Source: Podarcis bocagei (taxonomy: Eukaryota). Taken from it: a stretch of DNA of 64,000 nt. Under the pieces are notes generated by a model. That model was not told the origin of the DNA. It saw nothing but the letters and a program-made list of their open reading frames with translations, and did not search any database. The stretch lies in NCBI GenBank assembly GCA_964188305.1, contig OZ076890.1; one strand, given 5' to 3'. The position numbers and the translations under genes were made by a program. Each line of letters opens with the position of its first letter. Within the stretch, counting starts at the first letter, position 1. This document shows positions 35,071-49,414 of this stretch, piece after piece.

Positions 35071-37900
35071 CTGAAATAAGACAAAGCTTCATCAAGCAAA
35101 ATCCACAGCAAAATGAGTTTTGCCCAATGCAAAAGAAGATACACCCACCCAGTTTTGGAAATACAGGGCCAAATTAAACTAACCAGTTCCACTACTGGAA
35201 GCCTGAACAAAGTCTCCTGTAGCACAACGGGGGGGGGGCATACCCCTCAATGGCTTGAGGTGTGTGTGTGTGTGTGTTGGGAGACCCCCTCCCACAACAG
35301 AGCACAAGGGGAAGAAAGGGAAGATTGTTCCATCATGCAAGCAGAAAGCTTGTGCTGACAAAACATTGTTAACAGCATGACATTGTGTTCCTCCCACCGC
35401 ATCTGGAAGCATACAGTACTTGACAGCTTATCTGCCCTGATGTTTAAGGATTGGTAGACAAGGTGTATTACAAAAGACCTGCTAAGGAGGCAATTGCTCA
35501 ACAAGTTGCACTGAAACAGAAGAACTGTCTCATCCAAATGATGGAGAGATGGATGGAAAGAGGGACGCAATCCTCATCCCCAAATTAAAGATGTAGTGGT
35601 AAGTAAAGAATGCTTGAGGGGCACAGAAGTCTACTGCCTTGAACAGAATACTTGTTCCAGCAGTTACAATCCTCTTTTAGCCATTTAATATCTATTCTGC
35701 CCAACAGTTAATGGGAACAACATTCAACTCTGAATTGTTATGTTCTTTTCATAGATCCGTTGAAATACAAACTAGATACTCTGAGCCGCGTCTGAGGTAC
35801 AAAACACACAGAAAAAAACAGGATAGATCCTTCATGCTGCTCCTATTGAAAGGGTGATCACAAATGTGTCATCCCTGGATCTGTAGCTGATTAAGCAAAA
35901 ATATTACAGCCTACTGCACCAGCCAAGTTTCAGTGACTGATATGTAATTTCTGAAGATATCTAAAACTTGATTATGACCTAGACCTCCTGCTGTGGCATT
36001 TTCCAACTGGGGTACAATTCTAGAGAAAGCTTGGGTCAATATTATTTTTAAATATTGGATGTATTTTCAGCATTTTTGTATTATGTTCCAATTCCATCAC
36101 TGTCTTCTTCACCTACTATAAGATACAGAGAGTTGCTGTTATCTATAAGATATGCTATGGAAATGATTCTACAGTGCTAGAAGGCAACTCATAGCCAAGC
36201 TACTGAACAATAGCTGGAATACCCTTTGAAACCAAGAGGCGAAGAAAAATAGAGCTCAACTAATGCAAAAACCCAAATTCTTTCACAAAGTATTGCTAGC
36301 TTCCTTGAGTCATGAAAACTGATGGCTCTGCTGCCTATCTTCCTTTTTGTCCTTCCTCTCTCATCCCCCCCTTTGTCTTGTTCTCTTTTGTGCTGTGACT
36401 GTGTGCATTGGAGTGAGTGAGTGTGTCTGTATACAAAAGAAAACTTTATCAAAACAGATCCTAGACAGAGGAGGAGTCTAGAGATGGCACACTGATGAAT
36501 CTAAGATGGAAATGCACAGAGTTCACACCTTAGAAGAGGCACTTCCACATTCCAAATGGGAATGCAGTGCATCTGCACAAATATGACAACCCACTTCTAT
36601 TTCAGCAGCAATACCCCAACAGATGGTAGAGCAGCTCATGCTGAAGCTGGAAACCTTACTGGAATCAAAACAGAATGCAACCCAACAGTATATTCAATCC
36701 CAGCAATAAACCATCACACACAGTTCAAGTGAGCAAGATCTACATAGCAAAGTGCAATATCTACTGAGGGCTCCTAGAAAAGACCATTAGTAGCAGTAGT
36801 GGTAGTAGTTAGAGGATTCTGATTTAGAAAATACAAATTGGAGACCTGTGAGCAGTTGTGGATAGAGTAGTAAGCTGAAAAGCACAAAATGGTTAAACTG
36901 CCTGTTCAACTAGACCTGAACCTCAGCAAACTAGTAATTGCTAAATTGGGATTAGGCTCATCTAGCCCTGAACCTAAACAAGATGTGTACTTACCTCTCC
37001 CACCCTGCTCTGTACAGGAGTGTTTGGGTGGAGAATTGGAGTCAGGGTAAATGTGCGGACACACATGTAAAAGCATCCTGCCAAGTATACAAGGAATAAA
37101 AGAAGTGACTAAACTGTAGTCCAGATCCAGCATAGCAAACTGCAGAAGTTGCCCACCAACTCCTTTGACCTTAGCACTGGAGTAATGAGTGGCTAGGGAA
37201 ACACAGCCAGATGGGCAGGGTATGAATAAATTATTATATTATTATGAGAGCAGAAGTAGTCAGATAAAGGACTCTGCCTGCTATTTAAGAGACTGATCTC
37301 TGAAGCACTTTATCTCCCCCTCTCAGTGCTGTAGAGCTCTGCCTTGGAAATAGGGGAAAGGGCTGTGTGCAGGCTAGCATGTCTGAGAGTGTGCTCAGTG
37401 CCTGTATGTTGGATAAGCATGCACACATGCATATTAAGTATGCACAGGGCATTACCACGGCTGGCATGTGGCCCTCAAGATGGGTGGCTAACCAACAATG
37501 CAGCCCTCAGGTGAAAAATATATTGGCCACTGAATGTGCTATTTTCATTCAAAATCTTGGAAAAGATGCAGCTATATTAAGCCACTCTCTCTTATGAATC
37601 AAAATCCCTGGTTCGCGACAGGTTAAAATTACATCATGCAAACTTTGGAAGTTGCAGGTTTCCTTTATGGCAGACAAAGAATAAAGGTTCCACAGCACAC
37701 AAAGAGAAGAAATATTCTCTCCCACTCAGTGTACCTCTTTTCTCAGATGATTAATAGAGTTTGAGTTGGGCAGAAGCAACTGTTAAGAATACTGGATGAT
37801 GAATGGCCAAGGGTTGATACCTCTGACATACAATGTCCTATGATAAAGATCTATAAGCAGAGACTTCTGTCAATAGTTCAATAAGAAATACATTATGACA

Positions 37901-37901
<1 letters not shown>

Positions 37902-37931
<30 letters not shown>
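37902..37931. repeat. (AC)15 microsatellite
   Basis: Direct reading. Confidence 0.95.
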
Positions 37932-37934
<3 letters not shown>

Positions 37935-38176
37935 GGTCTGCAAATGCTCAAAGTCCATGTTACACAGTTCCCATACAGTTCTTTAACATCCACAAAATAT
38001 ACCAATGAGGTACATAGACTTGGAAGTGTAGTCTATATGATCTGTTTTCCAAGTATATGGCAGTTTAATTGCTTCTGCAACACAGTCTCCTTCAGAGGAC
38101 ATTAATACACATCTCCAATGGAGACCTTCCATGCCATGTCTATCTAATACTGACTTTTCAAGAATAAAGGGCTTTT

Positions 38177-38531
38177 AAAGGTAAAGGTAACCCTGCCCGT
38201 TCGGTCCAGTCTTGCCAGACTCTAGGGTTGTGCGCTCATCTCACTCTATAGGCCGGGAGCCAGCGCTGTCCGCAGACACTTCCGGGTCACGTGGCCAGCG
38301 TGACAAGCTGCATCTGGCGAGCCAGCACAGCACACAGAACGCCGTTTACCTTCCCACTGGTAAGCGGTCCCTATTTATCTACTTGCACCCGGAGGTGCTT
38401 TTGAACTGCTAGGTTGGCAGGCGCTGGGACTGAACGACGGGAGCGCACCCTGCCGCGGGGATTCGAACCGCCGACCTGACGATCGGCAAGTCCTAGGCGC
38501 TGAGGTTTTACCCACAGCGCCACCCGCGTCC
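38177..38531 (-). mobile_element. Full-length Sauria SINE (Squam1/POM-type)
   Basis: - strand starts GGACGCGGGTGGCGCTGTGG (A box), has GGTTCGAATCCC (B box) and ends in (ACCTTT)n. CpG-rich, so young. Confidence 0.9.
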
Positions 38532-39653
38532 TAGAAGACCTATAAAAGAAAAATGATAGCAGAGGAATGTAAAGGTGGCAGCACACAGGGAAGAATGCAA
38601 CAGGTTTCTCTCCATCCTGGCAGCTCACTAAGTTTCAATGCAGAAGGTGTACACAACAGGCACTTTAAAACTGTAATTTTGCCTGCTCCCACAAGATAGA
38701 TAATACTACATGCCAGGAAAAGGTATTCCATTTTTTAAAAAAGAATATGCAAGTTTTCAAGTTACAGAATTTGTCACTCCATGTAATCATAGCTTGTATG
38801 CAGTAGAGATGTTAGCTTGGTGAAAAATGCAAGTAATGTAGGGATCTGTGTGTTTCTTAACTGTGTGTTCCAGTTGTGCCTGGTTGGCAGGAGGGTGCGG
38901 AGAAGAGAAAGCTGGAACCTTAAGATCCTAATGGCACAATGAAACCAAGTCTACACAAAAGTAAGTCTGACTGAATCCAGTGGGGCTTATTCCCAGTTAA
39001 GTAGGACTAGGATTGCAGCCTAAATCCCCTATGTTGAGAGATATTGAAGAAATGTGCAAATCAGGAATGCTTTGATTTCATTTCCTTGCAGATCCCCCAC
39101 CAAAAACCAGTCTCTTCCAAGGTTCAGGAATTGTGGGTGGGGGTCCTGAGGAGGAAGGAAAATCCCTGAAAATCAAGAGGGGGCACCATCTCCAAAGTAG
39201 AAAGATACCTTCACTCTTATTATGGGGCATGCCTTCCTCCTCAGCCTCCTCATCCCACAGCTTATTGCATTCAGCAGGGTAGGAAAGCCTGTTTCCTCTA
39301 AACCTGTTCTACAGGCTTTTCTCTGGATCCATCCCACCACCCCTTTACAATTTATGTGCATTAACCTCAATGCTCCCCTTTAACTGGGAAACTGGAACAA
39401 ACATCAGATGTGATGTAAGCAATGGCCATTACAGGGACAAGAATCAGGACTACTGGCTTGCACTGCTGTAGCTAGCATGTGATCCAATGCCCGAGAGTTA
39501 GAGCAGAGATAAATGAAGACTATGGCCAAGATTAAAATCATGAAGAAGATTCATTCATTTATTTTAGAAATATCTATCTTGTGCCAATTACCATAACTTA
39601 AGGCTTTTGTTAACACTTGGCAACGATCTCAACATTGCTCCGATACTTTGCAC

Positions 39654-39654
<1 letters not shown>

Positions 39655-39694
<40 letters not shown>

Positions 39695-39816
39695 TTATTA
39701 TTTATACCCCACCCATCTGGCTGGGTTTCCCCAGCCACTCTGGGCGGCTTCCAAAAGAATATTAAAATACAATGATACATCAAAAATTAAAAGCTTCCCT
39801 AAACAGGGCTGCCTTC
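39655..39816 (-). mobile_element. L2-type LINE 3' end with (TAA)13 microsatellite tail
   Basis: Stem-loop TGGCTGGG-tttc-CCCAGCCA next to the tail. Identical ~50-nt copy at 56102-56155, diverged copies near 3620-3676 and 37187-37243. Confidence 0.7.
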
Positions 39817-42117
39817 TTTATTTTATGATTTTAAATTTATAGAATTGATTTGTGAAGCACAATTGTCTGTATGTTGATGCAATGTAACTTTAAAAATTGA
39901 ACAGTAAACAATATGCACAGACAATTCCATCATTCACATTTAAAAACCACTAAAAATAATTAAAGAGTACCTTGAGCTTAAAAAAATAATTCAAGCGAAG
40001 AGGTTTTTGCCTGTTGAAGGATAAATGCAAACAGGATTTCAAAGCTAGTGGTTAGAACACCAATATAAGTAAGATCAGTTGTCTTAACAGGTGGAACTTT
40101 AACAGTTTCAGCCATGGTCTGCTTCAAACTGCCTGCCCTAGAGATAGATAAAATTTTGATTCTTTGACATACTTGAGGCACTAGCCAACACTTACTGTCC
40201 AATAGGCTGAGAATAGATGGGTGTATTAAACACCACCTATAAAAGGAAGTCCTTGGACATTCAACTAATCCCTGTGACTACAGCATTTAAAACAACTGCA
40301 ATATCAAAAGAGGTAAATTATCTAATTAACAGATGTAGTCTCTTGCCCTAGCTTTAAACATCAGCAGTTTCTTCGAAGTTTCAAGTTGATGGTGAACAGT
40401 CTCCCACCCCACTGTTTTCACAGTTGTTTCTGCTGCTTGGATAGCCAGTCACTTATCTTACTGTAATGTACAGATGCTATGGTTGTCTTCAACAGGTTCC
40501 CGCAACTGCTACTGATTTAGTGCTAAAGATAAACAAAGGATACATATTTTCAAGCTGGCTTCTGCAAGCATCCTGGGGGACCCTGTGGTTTGGACTTTAC
40601 TACCTCTGCCAACCCCACTAATTTCCCAGTCTGCCATTTGAACTGACAGGGACCTGCAGTTCCTTTTGTGATTTGTGGGATCTGGGTGCAATGAACCAAC
40701 ATACCCAACACCCAAAAACCCTCCAACTGGAAGGGAGCCAACTTTTAGCCTGAGGGGTGTGTGATACTACCTTGTGCCTTGTATCATTGTTCTGCTTGTA
40801 CACAGTTTAGAGCACCCATGAAAGATGGGGAAAACGAAAGAGCCAAACAAATCTTATCGTGCATATTGTAGGACTGTCAGTCTGAATTCTCATCTACTTC
40901 CATATTCAGATGTTACATTCAATGACCAGACTAAGATAATTCCTTTAATCCAGATGGATAATTTGCTACAAGGCACTTTAACATGGATATTTAAGCAAAT
41001 AAAATTGTGTGATAAAGGTTCAGAGGCCCCAAACCTCAAAATAACCAAGGAGTTCCTTATGAAAGGATATTTGACTTTCCTAAGAAGATATGGATAACAG
41101 ACCCATACCAAAGATTAAGCCATATGGTAAGGACATGTACCCTCAAGGTAAATATTAACTAGCCTAACATCTGCTAAAGGAAATACTGTCTTGAGAGCTA
41201 CTGCTGAAGTTCTTCATCAAATCTTAAAACTCAATTATAAAACATTTTCAAATAACTAGCAGAATAAGCTATGTTAAGACAAGATTTGCACTGTTCCTTT
41301 TGTCAAAGGGTTCCAGTTTCTTCAGTAAGGAAACCTAACAGCAGAATGTTATCTTTGCAACCAGTAAGTGAACCACAGCTTCTTTAAATGCCATCCTACC
41401 CTCAAATACATTTACAATATATTTGGGGAAAAGAGGACTCAATATCCATCCCTTGTTTATTAGTGCTTTAAATGTTGAGAATAGCAGGATCAATTTCATA
41501 TGGGGGTGGGGGAGAAAAGAGAAGGCTTCCCCCCCCCCAAGCTTAGAGTGGCTCATTAAAAGATCCTACAAGGTATTTTGAATAAACACCCTGAATTATA
41601 CATTAATAAAGAGGTACAAAATTTAGCTGAAGTTCAGTGAAATCACATTCTCCAGAGACTGAAAATTTGTCCATCAACAGTCAACCTCCTAAAATTCTGT
41701 ATCAAAAGTGTGCTGTGATAACTATTACTCATTATGTTGAAATCTTCTCACTGCTATAGCTGGAAGATGTTACACTCAAATTCTTGGCCAAGAATAAGCA
41801 ATTGCAATCCATACAAAACAGATGTGACAATAGCTCCAACTTGGTAACAAGACATATAAATACATTGTGGTCTAGTGTGCCTGTTTAAATTACAGGTGAA
41901 CAGCAGTAAGAGAGCAGTGTAAGAATGTCTGAAAATCCGTAAGTAGAATTTGAAATCAGAAAGTTCACAATATGCTTCCTTCATACCTATAGCTGATATG
42001 TTAATTATAAGCAGTACCATAATAAATATCCTCTTTTGGATTATGTGAGAACTGACTTCTTAAACTGGCCTAATAGTGGGCTTTCCTGTAACCATAAGAA
42101 CAAGCTATATTCTAAAA

Positions 42118-42218
42118 CTGGGATGGGGAACCTATTGCTCTTCAGATGCTGCTGGCACGGCCAATGGTCATGGCTGGTCCAACAAAAGTTTTGGAGGGCC
42201 ACAGGTTGCCCATCCCTG
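42118..42218. mobile_element. Internally deleted hAT MITE
   Basis: Termini ctgggatggggaacct / aggttgcccatccctg. Confidence 0.55.
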
Positions 42219-43048
42219 ATTAAAATTAAAAGAGCAAGTATGTAACACTGGACTGGTTTGCATGACACTGTAATCTGAAATATGGCTTAGCAGGGACCGT
42301 GCAATCATGCAGACTCCCAGAGGGGATCTTGCAGGCACTTTACTGCTCCCCGGTCTCATGGCATGTTGAGCTAAGCCAAAGTTTGGCTTAGTGTGTCACC
42401 TGAACCCAGGCTCATGGTTATATTTTCTCCTCATTATCAAAGGGCTGGAGCCAACAGCAGATTTCTGCTTAATTTCTGCTTAATTTCTGTGTGGCACAGG
42501 AGCAAAAAAGGACCAGGGAACAGCAAATTGGCTGTGAGCTCCTATACATTCACACAGTCCCAGTACACCATAGTTTGGCTTACCGGATTGTTGTGCAAAC
42601 CAGGCCACTGTCTCACATAAGAACATACAAAGCTGCTTTATATCAGTTCAAACTACTGGTTCACTAGGCAGTGCCGTCTATTACAACTGAAAGACACACT
42701 AGATCCTCAAGGAGAAGGTCTTTCCCTGGTTATTTTAAATCTGGAGATGCTACAGGCAGAATCTGGGGTCTTCTACATGTACTACCGGGTACAATGCAAG
42801 CTTTGATAACAGAAAAACCAGCCAAATGTGCACCCCCCATTTGTAGTACTAACTCCACAGGCACTGGTGAGCGACACATTAGAGCACACCATGTTTCTCA
42901 GCAAATATCAATGTTATCCTAAACATAGCAACTGAAGACAAAACACAGTGCATTTCTAACAGATTAGCATGCAAATGAAGGTTCTTTGGAAACAGAGAAC
43001 TACAAGTCAAGATATAAAATTCTATAAGGAAGAAAAGTGTGATCTTAC

Positions 43049-43135
43049 CATGATCGGAATATTAAAGAAAGTACAGCATCAGTTCTGGGTATCTTTGAGC
43101 AGTTCGTCTCACGAGCACGTCCAGCATTTAGTTGT
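43049..43135 (-). other. BCL9: Candidate BCL9 5'UTR exon (87 nt)
   Basis: ccttttctcctag| acceptor, ATG|gtaaga donor, locally retained CpGs. Confidence 0.55.
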
Positions 43136-44946
43136 CTAGGAGAAAAGGATACAGGAATGTAGTAGGTATCTCTATTGAACGTAAAAGCTATGGATCACTA
43201 CAGATGTTTAGAGCTGTATAAACAGTAGAGTAAAAGTTTCTTTTCACAGCAGCTGAATCCTGAAGTATCACTATTTTGCTTATGGTTCTGTGATCAAGAA
43301 AACCGTTTTCCTAACTGGGACTTAGGTTAACTTTGTCATACTCATGTAATAAAGATCAAGAATATAGACTTTTACTTTTATTTTTTGGTAAGGAATTTAA
43401 GGGAAGTGGTGATTTCATATTCCTAGACAACAGCACTAAGTTTCAGCTGCCAAGCCCTGTGCTACACTGTTTAAAAGGCACCACCTTCAGCTACTAGATG
43501 TTCTGCCATTATCATCTCCCATTTCTAAGCTTTTTGTACATAAGTTTTATTCACAATCACAGGAAAACTTGCTTTGGCTAAAATAAAATGCAAGCACTCT
43601 CACCGTAAAGGGAAGCAATGTAATCTAAGCAACATTTCATGCTGTAATCTTGGCCACACAGGTATCTAAGCCTCACATATGGCCTGGTTCTGATAGTATG
43701 GCTAAACCATGGTTTGGCTCTTAGGGCTCTGCCCTGGGTTCACAGACTCTCCTCTCTCTGGAGCTCCAATTATCTCCTCCACTTCCCAGTTTATGGAAAC
43801 CACAAAAGAAGAATATTGCTTAAGGTGGGGAGAGGAGAAAACATCCATGTGCAACCCGAAGTCTAGAAATCTTAGCTGGTCTTGCTAGCCAACTTGGTCA
43901 CCAAGACTTTTCTCCTCTTCTCTATGCAAGGTCAAGAAAAATCCCCTGCTCTTCAGACCTGCAAATATAAATGAAGCTCAGGTGCGGGGCTGTTCCTGCA
44001 CTTTGGCCTTCAGCCCCAGCCCAGATTTGCAGAAATCAGAGATGATTCCTACAGATGAAGAAGCCCAAGGTGCACACACCACCATCAGTAGTCCGGCCTA
44101 ACTTCTAGAATGATCCCGCTTCCCCCTGATAGCCACTGTGGAGAAGTTGTTTGATTCAGAGTAGGATTGCGACTCTGTTCAACAACCCACCTCAATCAGC
44201 CAATAACTGTTTCTCCACTTAACTATATCTGTGAAACCATGTAGGGTTAGGGAAATAAAGTGGAATATAAATACAGAATAGGTATCTAGAGCTTGTTCGT
44301 GCACTAAGAGCACTTTGGAAGCCAAGGAACAAAGAGACAAACCCAAATAATCCTTTCTAGATATAGAGAAGGGTGCAATAATGTTCCCTTTTCCTTACTC
44401 TGCTCCATGTAATTCTAAAGTCCAGCATAACTGTGGAGACATATCCATGTTCCACCAGTAGGGCCAAGAGATTTCTCATCCTCCACAGAGGATGATGGAC
44501 CATTCAACATGAGGAGTGATGTTATGGCTCCCTATAGGCAGTTTCTTTGAAGAGATCTCAAGATACGGTAGTTTCAATCAGGACCCCCCCCCCAAAAAAA
44601 TAAACCCATAAAAGACTAGTAACTTCTGCTAGGAAAAAATAATTCAGCTCCTGGAAAGAAGCTTTCTCAAAACATTTTCACAAAAGGAACATGCCTTCAA
44701 AGGGAGTGATCCTGGAGCTATCATAGAAAAGGTCCTCCCCAGCAGTCTCTTAAAGGAGGGCCTGTTCAACAGGTCAACTATCATCCAGAAAACCTTAAAC
44801 TACCACAAAATAATTATGAAGGAGGCTTCAACTGTACTTCCCTCACCCAAGCAAGCCAACACTCCTCTACATCTTTCAATCCTCTTCACTGAAAGGAATA
44901 TTTATTTTATTTAACTTAACTTATAGACCACTTAATAAAAAAAATA

Positions 44947-45257
44947 CAGTGGTGCCTCGCAAGACGAAATTAATCCGTTCCGCGAGTCTCTTCGTCTAGC
45001 GGTTTTTTCGTCTTGCGAAGCAACCCTATTAGCGGCTTAGCGGCTATTAAAGGCTTAGCGGATTAGCGGCTAAAAGGCTATTAGCGGCTTAGAAAAAGGG
45101 GGGGAGCGGGAAAAAATCGGAACACTCGCAAGGCGTTTTCGTCTTGCAAAGCAAGCCCATAGGGAAAATCATCTTGCGAAGCAGCTCAAAAACGGAAAAC
45201 CCTTTCGTCTAGCGGGTTTTCCGTCTTGTGAGGCATTCGTCTTGCGGGGCACCACTG
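44947..45257. mobile_element. Tigger/pogo-like MITE, 311 bp
   Basis: TIR CAGTGGTGCCTCGCAAGACGAA / TTCGTCTTGCGGGGCACCACTG, TA TSDs, CpG-rich. Confidence 0.9.
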
Positions 45258-46007
45258 TACCTAAGAGGTCCACACAGCAAAAATTCAACTCCTCTCATGA
45301 GGGACACACAAGTAAATGAAAGGGAAACTGGCCTCTCTCACTGACCATCCCTTTAAAATAGATAAATATAAAATTATACCCTCTACTTTTCAAAATCCTG
45401 ACAACTTCAAACAAGCCCATATCAAAAAATCATGGGTAGACCCACTCTGAGCACCATCACCTCCAGCAGGCAAACATCAGCTCTCACCAAAAGGTCTCTT
45501 ACACAGACCAGAAAACAAACCCCTTTTCTTCAAACACATAGGTAAGATTGGCACATTACTTAACTAACTAGTCAACAGTCAATTGACTATGTATTATTTG
45601 ACCATGGTCAAATATTTTCAATATTCCACAAAACGATGATGCTTGAAAATTTGGCCAGCTGCTTATTTAGCACAGCTGTCTTTTTTTTAAAAAAAAGTTT
45701 TTTGTTTAAAAGTTGCTCCTATATAGTTTTATTTCTGTCTTCATTTATTTGAAGTACTGCAACTGCAGGTTGGCTGCTCCAGGATAAAAGCCCAAGAGAA
45801 CTTTTCCGTGAATTGCACGCAATTGTAAAAGCGTTGCCTAATACCACTGAGTTATACTTTACATGAACAGGTCGTTACTAAAGCTGGTATAAAACGTGGC
45901 AGCCAAGATCCATTTCACACAGCACACCAGAATGACACCTATTCCCACACCAACCTGCCAGTGCCTTGAGAATTCTGCTGAAGTCCTTCTCCAGGTGCCC
46001 CCAGTGG

Positions 46008-46737
46008 TGAAGGCATGTTAGGGGTCAGTGGGAAAGGGATTGAAAAGAAAGCTGCCAATACTGTGGTGCCTTTCCAGAAATCTATGGTGTGACCACATTT
46101 GGCAAACTCTGTACAACTCTTGTCGCTGCATCTCAAGGAAGATATTGTAGAGTTGGGCAAGGTGAAGAAAAGAGCCACAAAAATTACCAGAGCGGTACAG
46201 CAAGACACCTATAAGGAACAGCTACAACATTTGAATCCAATTGGTAGTGGAGTGGTGGAAGAGTAAGGCAGGCATGATAAAAGTGTAATAAAATTAAGCA
46301 CCAAGTAGAGGAAGTGAATAGAGAGACGTTTTTCCTTCTTCTCTCATAATACTAAAAGCAAGGGTCATCCAATGAAGCTAAGAGCTGGGAGATTCAGGAC
46401 AGGCCAAAAAAAAAGAAGACTTCTTCACAAAGCAGAGTTAAACTCTGGAATTCACTGCAACAAGATGTATTAATAACTACCAATTTAGAGTTTTAATTAG
46501 TTTTATCTGCCATGAATTTGTCTCCCAAGGGTTACTAATCATGACGGCTACTTATGAGCTCCAGGATCAGAGGCAGCAAGCCACTGAATACCAGTATCAG
46601 AAGAGCAGAGAGTGCTTTTCTGTTCATATCCTACTTTTGGGACTCTGGGAGGCATTTAGTTGGCCACTGTGAGAAATCAGATGCTGGATTAGACAGGCCT
46701 TTGAACTGATGCTAAAGGGCTCTTCTTCTTTTCTTAC
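46008..46737 (+). mobile_element. CR1 LINE 3' fragment (degenerate ORF2 end)
   Basis: Homologous to the - strand CR1 at 59422-60305 (GIEKKAANTVVP..KSMV.PHL). Confidence 0.8.
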
Positions 46738-49185
46738 ACAATCACAAAGGAGTTTGCTTTTTCAGCATTGGCACCCCATTTATGGAATGTCGTCCCTAAA
46801 GTGGTTTGGCATGGCACCTATGCTGCACTCTTTTCAGCACCAGGCAAAAGTTTTACTCACCCAGGTATTTAAATTGGCTTTCTTTGTAGTTCTGCTTTTA
46901 GGGGTTCTATTTGATATCATCTTCTAGTTGTTTCTCATACTACAATATAATTTGATTATACACTGCCTTAATATACAACCAGGATAAAGGATGGTATTTA
47001 AATGTGTGCGTGCGTGCGTGCGTACGTATGTATACTTCTCTTAAATAATTAGATTAATATTCAGTTATGTATTATCCACATGCTTGTCCTATAGTTCAGA
47101 CAGCAATACTATGGTCTCTTGGAGGGCATCTGAGGGGCTTTAGGAAAGATCTGATCTACCACTCCAACATGAGAGTGAGAGATCCAATGTTGGGGCCTTC
47201 TTATTTAACTGCAATGAGTCTTCCAGCACCCTGGCCCAACCAACATCCAACACTGGATGGTCCAAGAAGGAATACGGAAGGAAGGAGCTGGGATCCTGAG
47301 TCCTCCCAGTCTCCTGTCACACACCCAAACCAGGTTTGTTTATTTATTTAAGTAACACTTCTGAACATGTTTAAATCTCTTCTTCCACTCCCTCTAGTAA
47401 AAATGGAAAGGGAAATGTCAAAACAGAAAAACACAGCAGGAAGTGGACGGAAGAACCCAAAGGCCTTCCACCACTCTCACTTTCATCCTGCTAGCTCAAC
47501 TCGCAGGATTTTCAATTAAGGCAGTTGAATCTCCTTTGGATTTTGCTCCTCCCCTAACATTAGGATTGCAGTCTTAATCACTAAAGCAAATCAATGTATC
47601 TTCCAGATACAGCAAGTTAAAGGATTCTTCTCTATGTAAATGAAGAAATGATTTGCTCATTTATCAGATATGAATACTTGCACAAAACACAAGCTTATGT
47701 TCACCTGGTGAAAATAAGTTTCCCTTGTCTGTCCAGTTACTATCAAATATTGTATTTTTTTGTTTTTAGGAGGGTGGAGCTAGCCCAAGGCAGAATGAAA
47801 CAGAAAGGAGCAATACTGGAAAAAAGAAGAAAAGAAAAAAATGCCCAGTGTGCAGATTCCCACACTTAGGCTGCAATCCTAGACTCAGCTGCTGGGGAGT
47901 AAATGCCTTTGAATGCAATGGGATTTACTTCTGAGTAGATATTACAAGACTGCACTGTCTTGTGCAAGACTCAAACTGTTATAGGAGTTGGTTGTAAGAC
48001 ACAACCTATATTGAATGGTCTCTCTATAGATGAAAAACAAACTAAAGCATGCAAAATTTACACAATGTGACAAAGTCAATGAAAGGAGGCTTGGTTGTAA
48101 TAATGAACCACTGTAGATAATATTCTTGTTGTAAATCAACAAGGTATACTCATCAGATTTAGGAAATATATGAAGTTGTATAGGCCTTGTTCCTTACTAA
48201 TTTAACTCAATTCACTCTGTTACTATGTCAGGAAATTAACTGGAAGCTATTGTGGCTCACATGGCTTCCAATTAGTAACCTGGCACACTTTAAGGTTGTT
48301 AGTAACCTGGCACAATTACCTATGAAGCTCAAAATAGTTTGCAGCCAGGTTATTTAATGGAACACATCCACCCACACAAGTCTTCCCAACATTTAGGATA
48401 ATCATCAGATCCCCAGCTCCATGTCCTTTCCATTCAGAGCCATGGATGGTAGGATGATTGGTGGGGATAGAACAGGGCCTTTTCAGAAGTGGTGTCAAGG
48501 CTACCTTCCCCAGGAAAACTAGTTGGGTCACACTCTCATAATCTTTAGATAGATGATCAATATCTTATTTTAACCTGGTTTTTGGAATCTTTTAACTTTG
48601 CATCCTACTGCTACAAATGATTTATTGCTGGGTTTTAATACTATTTTATTACAATACATTATGTTTTTAATATATTGTAAGCTCTTCGGGGGGCTCTTTT
48701 AACCCAAAACATGAGATATAAATATTCAAAAATAAACAACTTGCACACAAAAATCAAATGCCAAGAACACAAATCCAATTCTCAAGCTTGGAGCTTATGA
48801 AGAAGTGGGAGATTTGTTTCAGCAGCTGCAGAGTGCTTTGGAGATGTTCTCAGGCCCCTTCCACGAATCCTTAAGGCCTCTCCTTAGCTCTAAGCAAGGG
48901 ACCCCATCACTTGAAGCAAGGGCATGGTGATAATGTTTGGAAGCCAAAACTTTTTGGGTGGCCACACAAAATTCGTATGCCCCTGACAAACTGAACTCCT
49001 TTGTTTTTGAAATTAGAAGCCTCAAACTTGTTGATTACTGAAGTATCTTTTTTGTTCTAAAAAGATTAATGCTTACACATACTTGTAAACTATTTAACCA
49101 ATCGCTTTTTAAAGGTCAAGGGCACAACTATAATAATTAGATGGCCTATAGAATGCTGTCAGATGAAAGCACAGTAGGCTGTGGC

Positions 49186-49414
49186 AAAGGTAAAGAGACC
49201 CCTGACCATTAGGTCCAGTCGTGGACGACTCTGGGGTTGCAGCGCTCATCTCACTTTACTGGCCAAGGGAGCCAGCGTACAGCTTCCGGGTCATGTGGCC
49301 AGCATGACTAAGCCGCTTCTGGCGAACCAGAGCAGCGCACGGAAACGCCATTTACCTTCCCGTCGGAGCAGTACCTATTTATCTACTGGCCATTTGTGCT
49401 TTCGAACTGCTAGG
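49186..49414 (-). mobile_element. 5'-truncated Sauria SINE with 10-bp TSD
   Basis: Matches the 3' two-thirds of the other Sauria SINE copies. TAGGCTGTGG at 49175-49184 and 49411-49420. Confidence 0.88.

Noticed and set aside
38160-38550. Target-site duplication around the full-length Sauria SINE
   Set aside because: No convincing direct repeat found in the flanks.
39648-39842. Poly-Ile ORF
   Set aside because: Translation of a (TAA)n microsatellite and LINE tail.
48272-48314. Repeat-spacer-repeat pattern resembling CRISPR
   Set aside because: Only two units in eukaryotic intronic DNA, with no cas genes.
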